A DNA stretch of 64,000 nt from Paragordius varius (Eukaryota > Animalia > Nematomorpha), in assembly GCA_964247055.1 (NCBI GenBank), contig OZ176050.1, forward strand, positions 8,928,001 to 8,992,000. Reading direction: 5' to 3'. The position numbers and the translations under genes are program-made. Shown here in pieces: positions 1-12,230 of the stretch. The first letter of the stretch is position 1, and every line of letters begins with the position of its first letter. The notes below the pieces were generated by a model that saw only the letters and a program-made list of their open reading frames with translations, was not told the origin of the DNA and ran no database searches.

Positions 1-673
1 TTTAGTTTATTAAATGGTCGCTGCGTTTTTCATAAATAACGTAAAATCTGCGGGTTAAGCATTTTTTTAAAAAATAGTGGTTTAAAATATGCAAATCTTG
101 CACTATAAAAAATCTTCTTCCTTTTATGCATTATAAGCGAATTTTAAATTTGGAATAAAATTTTAAAATTTAATCAATATAAATTAGATGAGAAGTGTTG
201 AGGCTTAAATACCGTATTTTCCCCTAAACGAACAAAAATAAAAAAAAATCAAAAATTAACTTTATTATACTACGATACAATTCTATACATATATATAATA
301 AATATCTGACAATGTTCAGCAATTCGTTTGGTTGTATACAAGATTAAAAAGCAAAGGTATAGAAAATATCATCGTGATTTAAACATGATTAATAGATATG
401 AAATTACCATACTATATAAAAGATATTGGGAAAATATTATAAAAAAGCTATTTAACTAAATCAGAATTATTATGTAAATAAGCTCATAATTATTTCCCAT
501 AAATACATGTGATGTGCGACACAACATGGATTAAATTATTAATATTATTTTAATGATATAAATATAAAAATGTGTAAGATTGGTAGTACCCTTATAGACA
601 TATTTAATACAAGTAACGCTTAAAAAGCGTAATATATAAAATGTACCATTTACAGTTTAAAATTATCCTCGAA

Positions 674-875
674 CACTTCAATTTCACCCTTATATAAATT
701 ATGTGTTTAATATTTAAAATTACCTTTATTTTTTAATATTTTTAAAATGTGTAATTCTGTTTAAAATTAATATAATGCTGAAAAAATAATAAAATAGGTC
801 GTAAAAATATATTTCATATGAATGATGAGTTATATTAGTCCGCATATAATCTATTTTTAGGGTGAATTTGAAATG
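674..875. mobile_element. ~200 bp MITE with CAC-initiated imperfect TIRs; extra partial TIR copies run on to ~920
   Basis: Left end cacttcaatttcaccct, right end tagggtgaatttgaaatg. The internal right part (tttcatat...ttatattag...ataat.tatttttagggtgaatttgaa) also matches 59581-59646. agggtgaattt recurs at ~859 and ~880, with a variant at ~900. Confidence 0.6.
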
Positions 876-1030
876 TTTGAGGGTGAATTTAAATTGTTAA
901 GGGGTGGATTTGAATTTTAAATGGTATATCACGGAGTTAAGGAAGAATCGTATGCATGTTATAAATGCCTTCATAATACTCTTCACAAAGTGAGATATCA
1001 GTAACTTTAATGATCATATGTTTGAAGATT

Positions 1031-4000
1031 TTAAATTTTTAGAATTGGCTGACCTTGAGGAAGGAGATGAAACTTCAGAAGCCTAGATATAGAAAAAATA
1101 TTAATAACATTTAAATGACTCGTTATAAAATTAAATAAAATACGTAAATGTGTATAAAAATTATATATATCATTAAATAAAATAATCGGTTCGGCTATAA
1201 AAGCTCCGAGTTTACCCCCATTACCATTTTTGTTAATACCATCTTTAGGGAAAAATTCGCATAGTAAAAAAATTTTAAATTTGGGAATAATGTATAAAAA
1301 AAACTTGCCTACCTTTTCTCCCGAAAATAATTGGAAAGATGGTGCTGGTGCTCCAGCATTTACCGCGAACGCACTTCGAATATTATCATTAATGGGTAAT
1401 GCCTTACCTAGATTCGGTGTTGAAGGGTAGGAGCCAGGATTCAAAAATACTGCTTTATTAATAATGTAATAACATTGTTCGCTAAAGCTCGTTTTATTCA
1501 ACGAATGTTTTATGAAAGATTTTTTAAGCAAAATGCTAGCCAATTTACGTGCTTCTTGTTTTCTTTGAGACGAGGTAAGAGGAGGTAAAACAGGGTTATT
1601 TAATGCTACACATAAAAAGGAGAACATTATTATATAATCTAGATTGAACTATATTTAGAAAAGACAAATATGTCATATTAGTTAAACTTTTAACCATTAT
1701 GAGACTTTTTTGATATATCTTATTATTATAAAATTAGAAAAACTGTAATTTTTTCATAAAATAGACAGTCAATTTACAACATAACAGTTATATTGTATCT
1801 TATATTTCATCAATAATCAAAATATATAAATTTTAAATACTATTGTAAACCTTAAACACCTGCATTTTTCTTTAAAGTTTTATAAACACAAATCTGTAAA
1901 CGAAAGTTAGTGAACGTACATTTATTTTTTGGATTATGTGATAAATTTTCTGTACCAGATCCAATCAACATATTTGGGTGAGATGATGAGTTAGATATGG
2001 TGTTAGATGAAATTGTATCCGTATTAACTGAATTACTCCCAGATATGGAAACGAGAGATGTGGATCGATAACCTCTGGATGCTAACCACTCTACTAAATC
2101 AGATCCTGGAAATCAAATATGCAATAATTTATATCAGCCCGTTTAAACTTAATTATATTATTCATCCAAAATTTTTAAAAAATGCAATGTAATAATCACC
2201 TAAAAAGGCATCCTTAATTATGAGTTTAAGCCAAGTTCTGTCTTTTATCTCCAAGCCTGAATTGGGTAAACACATTTCGGTTACAATGCTTAAAAGAGTT
2301 CTATCTACATCAGAAAGGGTAGTGGAAGAACCTAAACATTAAATAAATTAAATATAAAAGATAGATAGTGATAAACTGTTTAATTAAAATTATGTTAATA
2401 AAAAAAACAAGCTTATTCATAAAAATAATCAGCTAGTGATTTAATATTATATCAAACCGACAATTGCAATAAATATATGACAAAATCATATTATGCGATT
2501 TTAAAAACACCATCCAAAATATTGACAAATAACAAACATCAAAGCAGTAACATCATTAAAAGTTTGCGTGCAAAACATAATAACTAATAACTTCCTAATA
2601 ATATTTTGATTATAGTAAATACCGTTTTAAAAAATAGCCCAAACCAAATTGCTTTTAAATGTTAAGCCAAATACAAAAAATACAATACAGAGCATTTAAA
2701 GCTTTAATAAGAAACTAAGATAAATTCACTAAATCGTAATTTACAAAAAAATGTTACCAGATCCTTGGGTCATATTTAATTGAGAGGTATGGTCGCTAAT
2801 TCCACAATTATTAATTTGTCGAACACCATTTACATAATCCCAAGTTTCACACATGGGGTTGCTTTGTCGCATAACATTATTAGTGTTATTCATTGAGGAA
2901 GTTGGGTGAGATATAGAACTGCTACCACCTTGGAGTAAATTAATGCATTTAAAATAAAAATTGATTAAACGTTTGTATTTAAGATAAAAATTGATTCCCA
3001 ATAATAACATACTTTGTATGAAAACTACATAAATCATGTCTGCATCTTCACACTTTATGTGTAAAAATGACTATCAAATTCATTTAATAATTAATACTGA
3101 TCAAATCATTTTCCAATCATATCTAATAATTTATATCATTTTATAGACATTTTTTTTGGAAAAAATATTATTTTTTTGCTCCTAAAAACAGAATCATGGA
3201 CACTCGACTTTAAACGATCATAAATTACAAACAAGAACTTCATTTAAAATTTTGAAAAAAAAGTTAAATGATCAGCATCTAATTAGTTTTATAAGCACTG
3301 TTAATTTGTGGAACTCATTATCAAGTGTAATCAGAAAAAATATACGGATATGATTAATTTGTTTCCCATTGACAACAGTTCCATGTCCATTATTAAGAAT
3401 AAAGTTTGTGTTATGGGATCCCGATGTAGTGGTTGTCGAGGAACCAGATAAGTGTGTTCGATTTTGATGGTTAAAAGTCATTTTTTTGTTTGCCTAATAC
3501 ATATGTGTTAAGATATCTTTTAAAAAAACATTTTAAATTATGTGTGCAAACTTCCAATATTAAATAAAAATCTAGTAAAGGAAGGAAAAAAGCGCCTTAA
3601 CCTAAACAATAAAAATTAAGTCAAAGTTAAATGCAAAAAATTTTGTCACCCTATGTTAGGGTGTATTTGCAAGTATAAAATCTTTATGTGCTTTAAGTCT
3701 ATTAATATAATAAAACAGTACTGAATCTTTTTTAGACATAAATGGCGATTGATTTGTATGTTGGAGGTTAGGTGATGCCAAATAATTTGTTGGGTTTTGT
3801 CGTTGATTTGATACAGAATTTAAATGTTGAGGTCCTCCCATGTTACCAGGAGCACAAGGTTTGTTATTATTGTTATTGCAGAATTGATTATTTGAAGGGG
3901 ATTGATACATTTTATTTATAGAAGTACCATTATTGAGATTGCACGGTTGTTGAAATTGATTAGCAAACTGATTATTATTAATTTTGCTACATGCGTGATA

Positions 4001-6849
4001 ATCACAAATTATACAATATAGATAAATATACAATTATGAGATTTCATAATGAAAAATTATATATACTATATTTTCTCGACTTCTTGTAGTTGATTAATAA
4101 TAGGTTATGTAAAACAATGTTTTTTAAAACAGCTTATATATATTTATCAAATTATTACTGCTAGAATATTTTAATTAACATTATCGCATTTAAATGAAAG
4201 TTATGAAAAACTTGTCGAAATAATATATTTACAATAAATTATAGAAGACCTGTCGGCATCACAAAACTGATTTGGATGATTGTTGAAATTTTTATGCTTC
4301 TTGGATTCAATAGTGTTATCAGTATAATCTAATTTTTAATTTAAAGAGTTTAATTAAATACGTAAAAAAAATATGCCTAACTTCCATATGATAATGACAT
4401 TATACCCATAACTCCAATTAAATGAACCTCGCGGAATTAACAGTCATATTTATCGATTAATAAAAAGTAGCTCTAATCGGACTAAACCCATTTTTATCAG
4501 AGATATTTGACATTTAATAAAAAGTAAACGATAAATGTATATATATTTTTTAATCCTTTACTTAACACTATATATATTACAATGGTCACAACAAAATGTG
4601 GTTAAGTGCATTTCAATTTACATCTCTATTCCTTATTATGGCAAAACAATAAACTTTGTTTTAAAAAAATTCTTTTTACTCCATTTTGACTTTATAATTT
4701 CTATACCTTTGTTACCGTGGAAACGAGGTTTATCATCGACAAAATGTTCATCAACTGTATGGGATTCTTGATAGCAGGGATAAATTGATGGTATTTCCTC
4801 TCGCAGTGGGGGTGAAATGATTGAGGGGCATTCAAGCCCCCAACTCTTAGCCACAAGCAGACGCACTGGTCCAGGTTGTTTCACTGCATCACGTAACACT
4901 TTAATGGCATCTTCGCTCGATAATCCGTCCAGCGTTATGTTATTCACCTTTATTATATGTGCGAAAAAAAATAATTTTAATGTACAAGGTTGGAGATAAA
5001 GAGTTTGGTAAGTACGTACTAGAGAATACATAGCAATCAAAATTTGATGATATAAAATTCAATTTTACTGTTATTCAATTTGAATATTAAAAGTATATCT
5101 TTTAGGTTCAGAAAGAAAGATATTTTATTCGTAAACCAGATTACTACATAAAATTATCAATGTCTACTCATATAATATAAAAATGACTAACAAATATCTA
5201 ATTCAATAAATATTTTAAAGGCCAAATTAAAATTGTTGTCAATCATACAAATTGCCGAAGAATTCCAATTTTATAAATTATTATCATTAATTGAAGAAAC
5301 TTCTGATAAACTGAAAACTCATACTTCAAGAATTATATCACCAGGATCAATCCTACCATCCCGAGCCACGGCTCCACCCTTCATAACTGAACCGACCGAG
5401 ATCCCAGGCATGAGAGATGAAGAATTTTTGTGGCCTGCGCGATTTTTATTACAATTATTATTATCTGCGTTGTTACCAACGATAGAAATGCCCAAAAAAT
5501 TAACAGTGGCATCCATATGCAGGGTAACGTTTATGACATTCAAACTGACCACACTCTCCGTAACACTGGTCGTGCCTGCGTTAAAACAACCAGCGGCCCC
5601 GGCTGAAGCATAGAGCGCATCCATGTTTCCATCATCGCCACAGTAATCACCCACCGCATTATTTAATAGGAGATTGGGATTGGGATTGGGGTAATTATCA
5701 AACATTTGTGCATTCGTGTGTTGAGCGAATTGTTGATGTTCGTGATCTGTGTAGAGTTTCATGAAAATTTTAGAATATGTATTATTGTAAATTATAATAA
5801 AAGCCGTGTACTCTACGACATAAATAATTTTTCTGTATCCAATTGAATTGGACATGTCATCTTTTTTTGGAAAAAATTGTAATTATAAAGTTTAAATATA
5901 AAACCTTTTAATGAATTTGTAAACATTTATAGGATCACCCTCAGATAAGCTATTTTTAATAAGCAACGCCAATAAATTAATTACCATGGTGATAATCATG
6001 CCCTTTTCCGATTTTAAAATAAGATTCAAAAATTATTAAGTTATAATTGTTAATTGAAGACAGCTTCACACAAATTTTGTTAGTGATTGGCATTATGAAA
6101 CCGTCATAATGAGCCAAAAATAAAAAATTCAATCATTTTTTATCAATTTTTTCAAAAATTATGTGGATTTTATAATTATAATATATTATTTAACAAAATT
6201 TAATATTAATTAAATTTATTTATATCAAAATTTTAAATTTTATATATTTAAAAAGGGTCATGGTGGGGAGAATGACCAATATAATATAAATATTTTTTCA
6301 ACAATCGAAGTCATTATCGAGATTTACTGTAATTCATAAATAATCGCAGATTTTGCTATAACTAGTTCAAAAATTAAACAACCCAAGATTATATAAATTA
6401 ATATATTAAAAGATTAACTTGTAAATATATCCTAATATTTTTAAAATTAAAAAGTTTTATTTTTAATAATATTTTAAAAAATTTTAACAAAATATTTTTT
6501 ATCCTCTTGAATCGCATATTAATGATTTTTATATATCGTGCAATGTTGAAGAAAAATATATTTTAAATAGCTTCTTCATATTTATATGAATTGTGTTTTT
6601 TAAATTATATTATAAGATTACAAACTTTGTGAGTGAAATGGTTGGCCGTGAGACAATTTAGATCTTGTGTGTGGTTGACCATTATACCGGTAATTGCGCC
6701 CATCTATAAAAATTTAAAACGTATCTATTAAAAAAAAATTCATAAATAAATTTGTTTTAAATTTGGATTTATTACTCCAATTACCAGTAAAAGATGTTAA
6801 AATAATTTAAGAAGATCTAGCACTTTAAATAAACAATTATATACAATAC

Positions 6850-6887
<38 letters not shown>

Positions 6888-8286
6888 TCTCTTTTTTTCT
6901 TTTTCATTCAAGAGTAAGGACGTAAATTGTATCAGGACTTGTGAAAACTTTAACACTCGCTTGCCTAAGACTAAAAATCATGATAGAAAAATTGTGCAGT
7001 TTCAGATTTCAAATTCTGCCACTCTATGCAGACAGTGTAGGAAGGCGGCATCCTACCTACTATACCAAATAAATTATTATACAAGTCATTAATATATTAT
7101 ATGTTATAATGACGCCCCTCTTTAAGGGATAATACACTTAACTTTTAACGATTCTATCTTTTAAACTAAGATTTTATTTAAAAATCAGAAAAGCAAAAAA
7201 TATATATTTAGTTTAGAGACACTATTTTTTGAAAGTTCATGGTAAAGGAGTCATTATGAGGGGAAAGGGGGCTATCTAATCATTTTATATTTAATTTCAA
7301 ATTATAAAAAAAACTCAATAAATTGACTGCATTTTTCACAAATATTACATATAGCAATCAAAACTAAACGGAGAATCTTTCGAATACAAACCCGGGTAAA
7401 ACAAGGGCATCATTTGTTGTTGTGGATCATTACTATTTTGGGCAAATGGATCCATCTGTTGTTGTTGGTGTTGTGTAATTTGCATTTTTTTCATAGCATG
7501 ATCAACTTGTTGGGCTTGGTGTCTCATTTGACGTCTTTTTGCAGCGCGCACAGCGGCAGCCGCATCCGTTACGCTTGAAAATTTGGTTTCATCTTCGTCC
7601 GTTTTGTCTGTTAGCATGTTAAATAAAAATGGAAAAAATAATATTTTACAACTTTAATTTAAAGTAAAAATTAAAATTATAGAAAATGTTCTAGTTCGAC
7701 TTCTTAAGCAGCATCATAAAAAATGTTAAAATAAGGTTGAATGGTTAACCTATCATAGATTGTCGATCAATGGTCTGCAAAAAATGAGCTAATCATTATA
7801 TATACCCTTGGCTCATATAAAGAGTTGAAATGTAATATAATCAAATATCTGATCAAGACGATAACAAATAATTGAAAAAATTTAGGCGAAATAAGATTTT
7901 ACAAGAACGAAAAAGTTAATGGTATTAAATATTGTAGAGAATCACTTTTTTCAAAAAATTTTTATAATATTTTAGAGACGCGTTTGTGTATTATGATAAG
8001 AAAAAACAATTAAAAGCAAATTTTACCTTTTAAATCAGCAAATCCACCGCCAATGTTTATGGTATCAAATGGTAAAGAATTCAAAACTTCATCATCGTAT
8101 TCGCATTCAGGAGAAATCAATTGGTGTTGGTCGATACCTAATTATCAAAATATTATAACTAAAATGAATAAGGTACAATATTATTTATAGTAAATTTCAT
8201 TAACACCATATTATATATAAAATAATTCAAGTTTTGCCGAAAACGAAGGCTACCATAAAACACAAGGTCCGAAACAAACTTAAAAC

Positions 8287-8354
<68 letters not shown>

Positions 8355-9689
8355 GTTTAGATTGAAAAAACTTGCCAAAAACGTACCCCTGTTATTATTC
8401 GGGAGAAAGAGTCTGGAATTCTGTTTATTGTGACAATGAACATCATTAAGGGTCTGTTTGTGCCCATGTTTGTGCGGTACAGGACCAGATGGTCCCTTTT
8501 GTAAACTGCCTGAAGGGACATTTATTTTGCCGCTTCGATCATTATTATTATTATAATGATTATTGTGTGGTAATTTTGGGTTATTGGATGTTTTTTGATT
8601 TGATTGAAGATAAGATGATTCCGATGATGAGGAACTGTTAGAGCTTTCGGAATCTCGGCAAACATTATCTTTCTTAACAGGTCGGTGATGATATTCCTCT
8701 ACAGTGTGGTTGTTTTTATTGAGAGATTTTGAGGGATGTCGACCACTTTTCATTACTTTATCGTGAGCATAGTTACTATCATTTATATTGTCTATTTTAT
8801 GATCCTAATTATGTGAAAGAGAGAAAGCTAATATTATCATCCCGAAAGAAAACGTGTAAAAAATTTATAAAAACAAAATAAATAGTTTGCTAGCATTCGT
8901 TGCGGTTAATAAAATACCATATTATTATATAAAAATTTTTTTGATAAAAATAATATTTTGATGCAAAAATATTTATTATAATGCGTATTAAAATGTAAAA
9001 CACAAATTATAATTGCTTCAAAATAAAAAAGGCAAAAGATTCTATTATTTCGAAAAACACGTAAAAGATAAAAAATAAACCTTTGAATTTTTATTAGATG
9101 CGGACACACCCTTAGCACCAGAAGTGCAGGTGGATGAAGAAATAATTGTAGAATTAACATCCTTATTGCTGTTACTTTTGTACGATTTCCGAGCTTTACG
9201 TTTACCTACGCCATTAGATAAATAATAATTGTTATGATTTGACGTTAGATTGCAAAATTATTTAAAAAAATGAAGAATATTGAATACTTGAACCGCTTCC
9301 AGAATGTCCGGAACCAACATGACTGGCCATACCTCCTGTACCAGGAACCAAATTATTTGTCATGATCCAACATATGACGCGACCGCTAAAGCTTGGTAAA
9401 CGCGTTTTGTCATCAACAATTTCCTCTTTAACTACACCAAAATCATCATCCATACTTTTGAAGAAAAACTTGTAATCACATGGATTAAGTTCAGAACTAA
9501 TATATTTTTAAAAATTTAATACCCGTCACTACCAGTTAAAGCTTGACGATCATGTAAAATAAATTGCTTTAAATGAGCAAGTGTTATAAAATCTGAAGCA
9601 ATCGGTAATTTTATGAGATATGGTGTCTCCTCATCATCTAGATGGTATATAATTTTGGTTTCTCCTGTGGGAGATACAATATCTTCCAT
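1031..9689 (-). CDS. dsh: Dishevelled (DIX-PDZ-DEP), ~15 exons, ~1190 aa as modelled
   Basis: DIX: [20 protein letters not shown]...[22 protein letters not shown]: FLGISIVG...[25 protein letters not shown]...LLVAKSW. DEP: [28 protein letters not shown]...[31 protein letters not shown]. Phase-consistent exons: 9689-9523, 9496-9288, 9205-9081, 8804-8387, 8137-8027, 7607-7392, 5860-5325, 4947-4707, 4328-4250, 3986-3722, 3493-3346, 2928-2758, 2331-2200, 2105-1920, 1605-1031. Low-complexity exons and the 3' end (1031 or 1195) are less certain. Confidence 0.95.
6860..6882. repeat. (AT)n microsatellite
   Basis: Direct reading; lies in a dsh intron. Confidence 0.9.
8289..8350. repeat. (AT)n microsatellite, ~30 units
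   Basis: Direct reading; lies in a dsh intron and produces the spurious IYIYIY tail of ORF 8280-8753. Confidence 0.95.
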
Positions 9690-10618
9690 ATAAATTTGAT
9701 TAAAAATTCCAAGCAAATGGTCAGCACATCAATAAGCAGTGGCACATGTTAAATGTAACGCATGCAAAATATGAATCCAAAAAAATCTTTGTATTTGGTA
9801 TATCAGCTATTTATATAACGTTCTTTTACTCAAGGATTTATCTAAAAATTTGAGCATATAGGATTATTATTTATATTGAAGGGTTTATTATTTTTCAAAC
9901 ATTTTAGCGAAGTATATCCAACAATGCAATGTTTCTAGTTCTAACCAAAAAATTATATTAATTAGTTTATGCGATGTTTATCAAGAAAAACTTAATAATA
10001 AAAACGAATAATTGTTTATCACTTTATGAGAGTACTATACTTCCAGAGCTATTAACTTTAATATTTAATTATACGTATAAATCTGAAATGCAAAGTAAAA
10101 TCCATTTTCCTCTCTATTTTCCTGCATTTTACAGTCATATTGAAATATATATTTTTTGATAAAAAAAATGAATTAGGATTATCATGTTGCTATCGGAGTT
10201 GGCATTACAATTAATTTAAGGAAGTTTTCTGCAGTTTAGAAGTAATTGCTGGATTGCACATTAAGGTTAGAACTAGTTTATTCCAAAAAAAGTGATTCAA
10301 TTGCAATGCGCATAAAAATGGGGGGAGGGTATAAAAAACATGCTATAAAATATATATTATGTTAGAAAAATTTGTTAGGATTATCACGGTTCTTTTGGTT
10401 TTGGTACTTACGAATGATATGAGAAACTATTACCATTTTTGTGGCAACTATTCCATATTAGAATATGGCAAAATTGCTTAATAATTAGCCTAATGTGCCG
10501 TTTTCTAAAATACACTAAACATACTATATATAAAATGCTAATCAATATTTTTATTTATTTTTTGGATGTGGACTTCGAAAACATCAAATTTCCTTCTAAA
10601 ATAGTTAAGTTTTTTTAA

Positions 10619-11110
10619 CACTTGGATACAACACATTTGTTTTCGTCCTTCGATTTAAATTGAGGTAGTTAAATACCCCAGGCCTGTTTAAAAAAAATTA
10701 TGGAAGGAATCGAAACCATGGCAAAGTTTTGCACTTATATAACATTAATAAACCGAAATATATAAAAAAATTATTAAAAAATACTTGATAATACTTATTT
10801 AATCTAAAACCGAAAGGTAAAAATTATGTCAACATGAAATGTGTGCTATAATTGAAAAATAATACAAAATATTTATTTCTAATGTTAGATGTAATTTTAA
10901 TAAAAAATTAGCTTTTATTTTGCACTTAAAATTAAATGAAGACCATATTTTGCAAAAATCCTGTAAAATGAAAATAGCTTTGAAGTAGTTTGACATGGAA
11001 CCTTTTTTTAAAACAAAATTTTATTATGATATTTTATATTTATATAACTTTTATTAGGATAGAAGCATAAATTTAAATTGGGACCGTTTCCTTCAGTAGT
11101 TTTTTAAAAA
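10619..11110 (+). mobile_element. Dispersed ~500 bp repeat family X (starts CACTTGGATACAACAC), probable non-autonomous DNA transposon
   Basis: Colinear similarity along its length to 46856-47380 and 47427-47880, and to the inverted copy at 46165-46547. Shared blocks include atggaaggaatcgaaac, ccgaaaggtaaaa, aaattaaatgaagac and gatagaagca...ccgtttcct.agtagtttttt. Confidence 0.75.
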
Positions 11111-11939
11111 TCGTATCTTAAATTTAACCGGAAAACGCCAAATGCCGATAATGTTTATAAAAATTCCAATATTTTTTTCTGAAAATTTGAATATTTGTCA
11201 ATATTTATATAGCGAGATTAGAAGAGCCTTGAGGTATTTTCAAACAAAGTGAAAATAATAATTACTCTAAGATATTTAAAATACTTGTTTATACAATTCG
11301 ATGGAATTCTATAGAAGATTTTTTATTTAAAAATGTGTTAGATATTATTTGATGTTTCTATTAAAAAACTAATAAATATTCATTAATTTAAATACGAACC
11401 AAAATTTTAATCAAAATTTTGAGGTTATAGCAATGCTCAACATTGAATTATATAGAAAATAAGTTTTTATAATATCTTAAAGCATTGTACTGTTTTTACC
11501 ATGCTTGAAAACATGGTAAATCACCTTCACCGAACTATTGATGAATTTTTAAGCAAAACCGGTAAGAAAAAATATTGCACAATATCAGAAGTTCATTTAG
11601 TTTAAGAAAACTAGCCCATTTAGGATGGATACAAAAATTTAAGACTTTCGGAACCCACATATGAAATTTAAATCTTTTTTGCTGTTGACACGTAGTTTAT
11701 GATATTATATATGAATATTTTTGGAATAAAACATTAGTTTTTACGTAAAATTAGTGAATTGTGCACATATATTCTTGGATATGGACCAGTTGTCACAAAA
11801 TTAGTACCTCATATCACAAGCAAACCCTAAACCAAATAATCATGATGCATTTTTATATCATAATTTTTTTTATCGATTGTGTTTTATAAAAATCTATTTT
11901 AAATATAATTACAAACATTTTACAACATCTAACACGTTA

Positions 11940-12075
11940 TCATGTTTTATGACTTCTAGAGTTTAAAATTCGGACAGCTCCAAAACACGATTGAAACGAG
12001 CAGCTGAAATAAATATCCAAATATATCATGTTATTTGCTGTTAAAGTGTAACCTGAGCTTTTAAAATTAATTATT
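11940..12075 (+). repeat. Dispersed repeat family Y fragment
   Basis: gacttctagagtttaaaattcggacagctccaaaacacgattgaaacgagcagctg matches the reverse complement of 33045-33185 and, more weakly, 48585-48700. Confidence 0.6.
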
Positions 12076-12230
12076 TATCTTCTTTTACCATAGTATATCT
12101 TTATTGTGCTAGCTTTTTAAAAAAAAATAGTAATGGAAGGTAAATTGGAGATAACAAATATTTGAAAATTTTTTTTGTCAACATAAATGTTACAATAAAA
12201 CATATGATTGACTATCATTCTTTTTAAATT

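Noticed and set aside
5233-5613. Antisense ORFs over coding exons (also 1230-1430, 4817-4999, 15177-15365, 44301-44594, 45297-45704, 55476-55739, 63456-63725)
   Set aside because: These are shadows of real exons on the opposite strand with no independent homology.
6950-7065. tcgcttgcctaagac resembling U2 snRNA, plus a gtagga/tcctac hairpin
   Set aside because: The match is too short, and the branch-pairing GTGTAGTA and an Sm site are absent. The 6 bp stem is unremarkable.
9206-9287. Non-canonical acceptor (ttttgcaa) in dsh intron 2
   Set aside because: The phase does not fit, and a canonical in-phase AG at 9206-9207 explains the junction.
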